Shown piece by piece: positions 58,419-60,617 of a DNA stretch of 60,617 bases; the stretch's first letter is position 1; every line of letters starts with the position of its first letter. Where the stretch lies: positions 1 through 60,617 of the forward strand of contig CAJFUP010000048.1 of NCBI GenBank assembly GCA_904420225.1, read 5' to 3'. The translations under genes and the position numbers were made by a program. Below the pieces are notes generated by a model that did not search any database, was not told the origin of the DNA, and saw only the letters and a list, made by a program, of their open reading frames with translations. Origin of the DNA: an uncultured Lachnospiraceae bacterium (lineage in GTDB: Bacteria; Bacillota; Clostridia; Lachnospirales; Lachnospiraceae).

Positions 58419-58534
58419 TTCTTTATGGGTCCTTGCGGATGGTATATTCGCGGGGATTTTGTTTTTTGCAGACCATTATTCTCAACAGACATTGAGAGGC
58501 TGAAAAGAGAGATGGACAGGAAGGCGGAGATACC

Positions 58535-58789
58535 ATGTTTTTTCGAAAAAAGAAGAATCCCCTGGATGATAAGCTCAATGAACTTCAGATGAATCTGGAG
58601 AATAATTATAAGGATTTGGCCATTGCTGCCAGAAAAGAGGCAGAATCCCTGTACGCCCGCATGATGGAGGAGGGAAAATTCAAAGAAAAAGAAGCAGTGG
58701 CATACAGAAAGCGTTTGGATGACTACGCCAAGCGTATGGAGCATTATGATCATACGAATATATCTGTTTTCCTAAAAGAAAGATATTGA
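58535..58789 (+). CDS. Small hypothetical helical protein (84 aa)
   Basis: RBS GGAG; charged amphipathic sequence with LENNYKD; fills the gap between two tRNA units. Confidence 0.7.
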   Translation: MFFRKKKNPLDDKLNELQMNLENNYKDLAIAARKEAESLYARMMEEGKFKEKEAVAYRKRLDDYAKRMEHYDHTNISVFLKERY

Positions 58790-58849
58790 CGCAGAAAGTG
58801 CTTGCAATTTGTTTGAAATGTGGTATAATAAATAACACATTAATGATTC

Positions 58850-58920
58850 GCAGATATAGTTCATCGGTAGAATGCTAGCTTCCCAAGCTGGAGAGGCGGG
58901 TTCGATTCCCGTTATCTGCT
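58850..58920 (+). tRNA. tRNA-Gly (CCC)
   Basis: Acceptor GCAGATA/TATCTGC, anticodon loop TT-CCC-AA, T-loop GTTCGATTC; TTGCAA/TATAAT promoter upstream. Confidence 0.96.
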
Positions 58921-58928
58921 TTAAACGG

Positions 58929-58962
58929 ACCGGAGATACTGTTTTCAGTATTTCCGGTTTTT
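58929..58962 (+). terminator. Intrinsic terminator after tRNA-Gly
   Basis: ACCGGAGATACTG-TTTT-CAGTATTTCCGGT followed by a T-run. Confidence 0.8.
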
Positions 58963-59106
58963 TGCTGCAGTAAAAATAGAAGACAGTTGGGGAAAAGGGA
59001 TCCGATGGGAATGCGGGCATCAGATTTTTATTGATAATGGATTGGACCGGGCGTAAAATAAAAGTGGAATGAAAGCATCCATGAAAAGATGGAGAAGGAG
59101 GATAGT

Positions 59107-60453
59107 ATGTATCGAGTGGTCGTTGTGGGCGGCGGCTGGGCCGGATGCGCTGCGGCGGTGGAAAGCCGAAAATTGGGGGCAGAGGTGACTTTGCTGGAGA
59201 GAACGGATATGCTGCTGGGGACAGGGCTGGTGGGAGGAATCATGAGAAATAATGGCCGCTACACAGCAGCAGAGGAGATGATTGCCATGGGCGGCGGAGA
59301 TCTGTTTGCCATGGTGGAAAAAAATCTCACCCATAAAGAAATCTCATTTCCGGGACATGAGCATGCGGATTTGTACAGTGTGGCCGCACTTCCCCCTTTT
59401 GTTGCCCGCAGTATGGAGGCCATGGGGATTCACATCTTCCATCAGAGCCGTGTGGTTTCGCTGCGCTGGGATACAGATCAAGGTGCGATGCAGAGCCGGA
59501 AACCGGGAGAGCTTGGAACTGGACAGAAACTTGATGGGGCAAAGGGGCGTCGGATTGCCGGTGTGGAGGCCGAGGATGGCCGCTTTTTTCAGGGGGATGT
59601 GTTCATTGATGCCACCGGAACAGCGGGTCCCATGAATAACTGCGTCAAATACGGAAACGGCTGTGCCATGTGTATTCTGCGCTGTCCCTGTTTTGGCGGC
59701 CGGGTATCTCTGACTGGATTGGCCGGTGTGAAGGAACTGAGGGGGAAAAAGGCGGATGGTTCGGTGGGCTCCATGAGCGGTTCCTGCAAACTGCTGAAAG
59801 AGTCTTTGGCAGACCATATTGTGGAACGGCTGAATCGGGACGGTGTGGCAGTCATTCCCGTACCGGAAGAATTGCGGGAAGATCATCTGGATGCAAAGTG
59901 CTGTCAGCAATATGCCCTGCCACAATATCGGGATAATTTGGTGTTGCTGGATACCGGTCACGCCAAGCTGATGACACCGTTTTACGATCTTGCTCGTCTT
60001 CGCCGTATTCCAGGTTTGGAGAATGCCCGGTATGAGGACCCGTACGGGGGAGGGAGGGGAAATTCTATGCGCTATTTTGCCATGGCCCCCAGAGATAATT
60101 CCCTTCATGTGGACGGTGTGGAAAATCTTTACTGCGCTGGAGAAAAGGCGGGGCTTTTGGTAGGGCATACAGAAGCCATTGTGACGGGAGTTCTGGCTGG
60201 ATATAACAGCGTGCGGTATGCCATGGGAAAGGAACCGCTGATTCTGCCGGATACCACCGCCATCGGGGATGCCATTGGTTTTGTGAAGGAAGCCATGGAG
60301 ACAGAAGAGGGAAGAACAAAGAAATACACTTTTTCCGGTTCTGTGTACTTCGAGAGAATGAAAAAGAAGGGATTGTATACCACAGATGTGGCGGAGATTG
60401 CAGCTAGAATAGAAAATGCTGGATTATCCGGTGTATTTGGTACAATATTTTAG
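59107..60453 (+). CDS. GidA/TrmFO-related FAD-dependent oxidoreductase with Cys-rich motif
   Basis: VVVVGGGWAGCAAA, IDATGT, RIPGLENA and NLYCAGEKAG..GHTEA..TG.LAG.N motifs; CVKYGNGCAMCILRCPC. Confidence 0.85.
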   Translation: MYRVVVVGGGWAGCAAAVESRKLGAEVTLLERTDMLLGTGLVGGIMRNNGRYTAAEEMIAMGGGDLFAMVEKNLTHKEISFPGHEHADLYSVAALPPFVARSMEAMGIHIFHQSRVVSLRWDTDQGAMQSRKPGELGTGQKLDGAKGRRIAGVEAEDGRFFQGDVFIDATGTAGPMNNCVKYGNGCAMCILRCPCFGGRVSLTGLAGVKELRGKKADGSVGSMSGSCKLLKESLADHIVERLNRDGVAVIPVPEELREDHLDAKCCQQYALPQYRDNLVLLDTGHAKLMTPFYDLARLRRIPGLENARYEDPYGGGRGNSMRYFAMAPRDNSLHVDGVENLYCAGEKAGLLVGHTEAIVTGVLAGYNSVRYAMGKEPLILPDTTAIGDAIGFVKEAMETEEGRTKKYTFSGSVYFERMKKKGLYTTDVAEIAARIENAGLSGVFGTIF

Positions 60454-60549
60454 GTAATTGCGAAACTCATGAGAAAGGAGACCGTTTGTTTGTATTAGCA
60501 AAGCGGCATTGCCCACGGGCCGAAATGCATGTGATGATAGGAGACATCC

Positions 60550-60615
60550 ATGACGCTTTTGGAATCCATGGGAAAGCGCCGAAGTCATGGAACCGGGACA
60601 GATCTTGACACATAA
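60550..60615 (+). pseudogene. Truncated nitroreductase-like N-terminus
   Basis: RBS AGGAG; MTLLESMGKRRS resembles nitroreductase starts (...KRRS.R); stop after 21 codons near the window end. Confidence 0.4.
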
Positions 60616-60617
60616 GA

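Noticed and set aside
60498-60510. GC-AAAGCG-GC as a fifth ANTAR hairpin
   Set aside because: Only a 2-bp stem and no overlapping U-tailed terminator.
1-60617. CRISPR array, rRNA, prophage, integrase or intact transposase
   Set aside because: No regularly spaced repeats and no ORF with matching motifs; nearly all space is accounted for by identified genes.

Overview
Chromosomal window from a Firmicute, most likely Lachnospiraceae/Clostridiales, judged from gene content and protein sequences. It opens inside rpsB-tsf and later carries the conserved pyrH-frr-uppS-cdsA-dxr-rseP-ispG-polC block. About 42.8 kb of other genes lie between tsf and pyrH: an internally deleted DUF2156/Eis-like pseudogene, an AraC-uxuA-uxuB-like uronate module, apt, deoB, an ABC exporter, a GH2, a MacAB-like efflux operon with two adaptor genes, and a 20-kb glutamine/nitrogen cluster. 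That cluster is GSIII, purF, pyrG-gltB-gltD-carA-carB, a GSI-like gene and an ANTAR protein. The strongest signal is that all four transcription units of the cluster carry the same ANTAR-type hairpin (C-AAAGGS-G) overlapping an intrinsic terminator, apparently as a single hairpin. The cognate ANTAR protein has a non-phosphorylatable pseudo-receiver and sits behind a degenerate GSI. This suggests a kinase-free nitrogen-sensing antitermination system that extends to purine and pyrimidine amidotransferases. A second candidate system is a cytoplasmic ParB/Srx-like domain fused to a BMP-type ligand-binding domain and coupled to a metallophosphoesterase. The window ends with marR-MATE, tRNA-Trp, tRNA-Gly, a Cys-rich GidA-like flavoprotein and a truncated nitroreductase-like start. 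No CRISPR array, rRNA, integrase or intact transposase was seen. All calls are by eye from motifs; no database searches were run.
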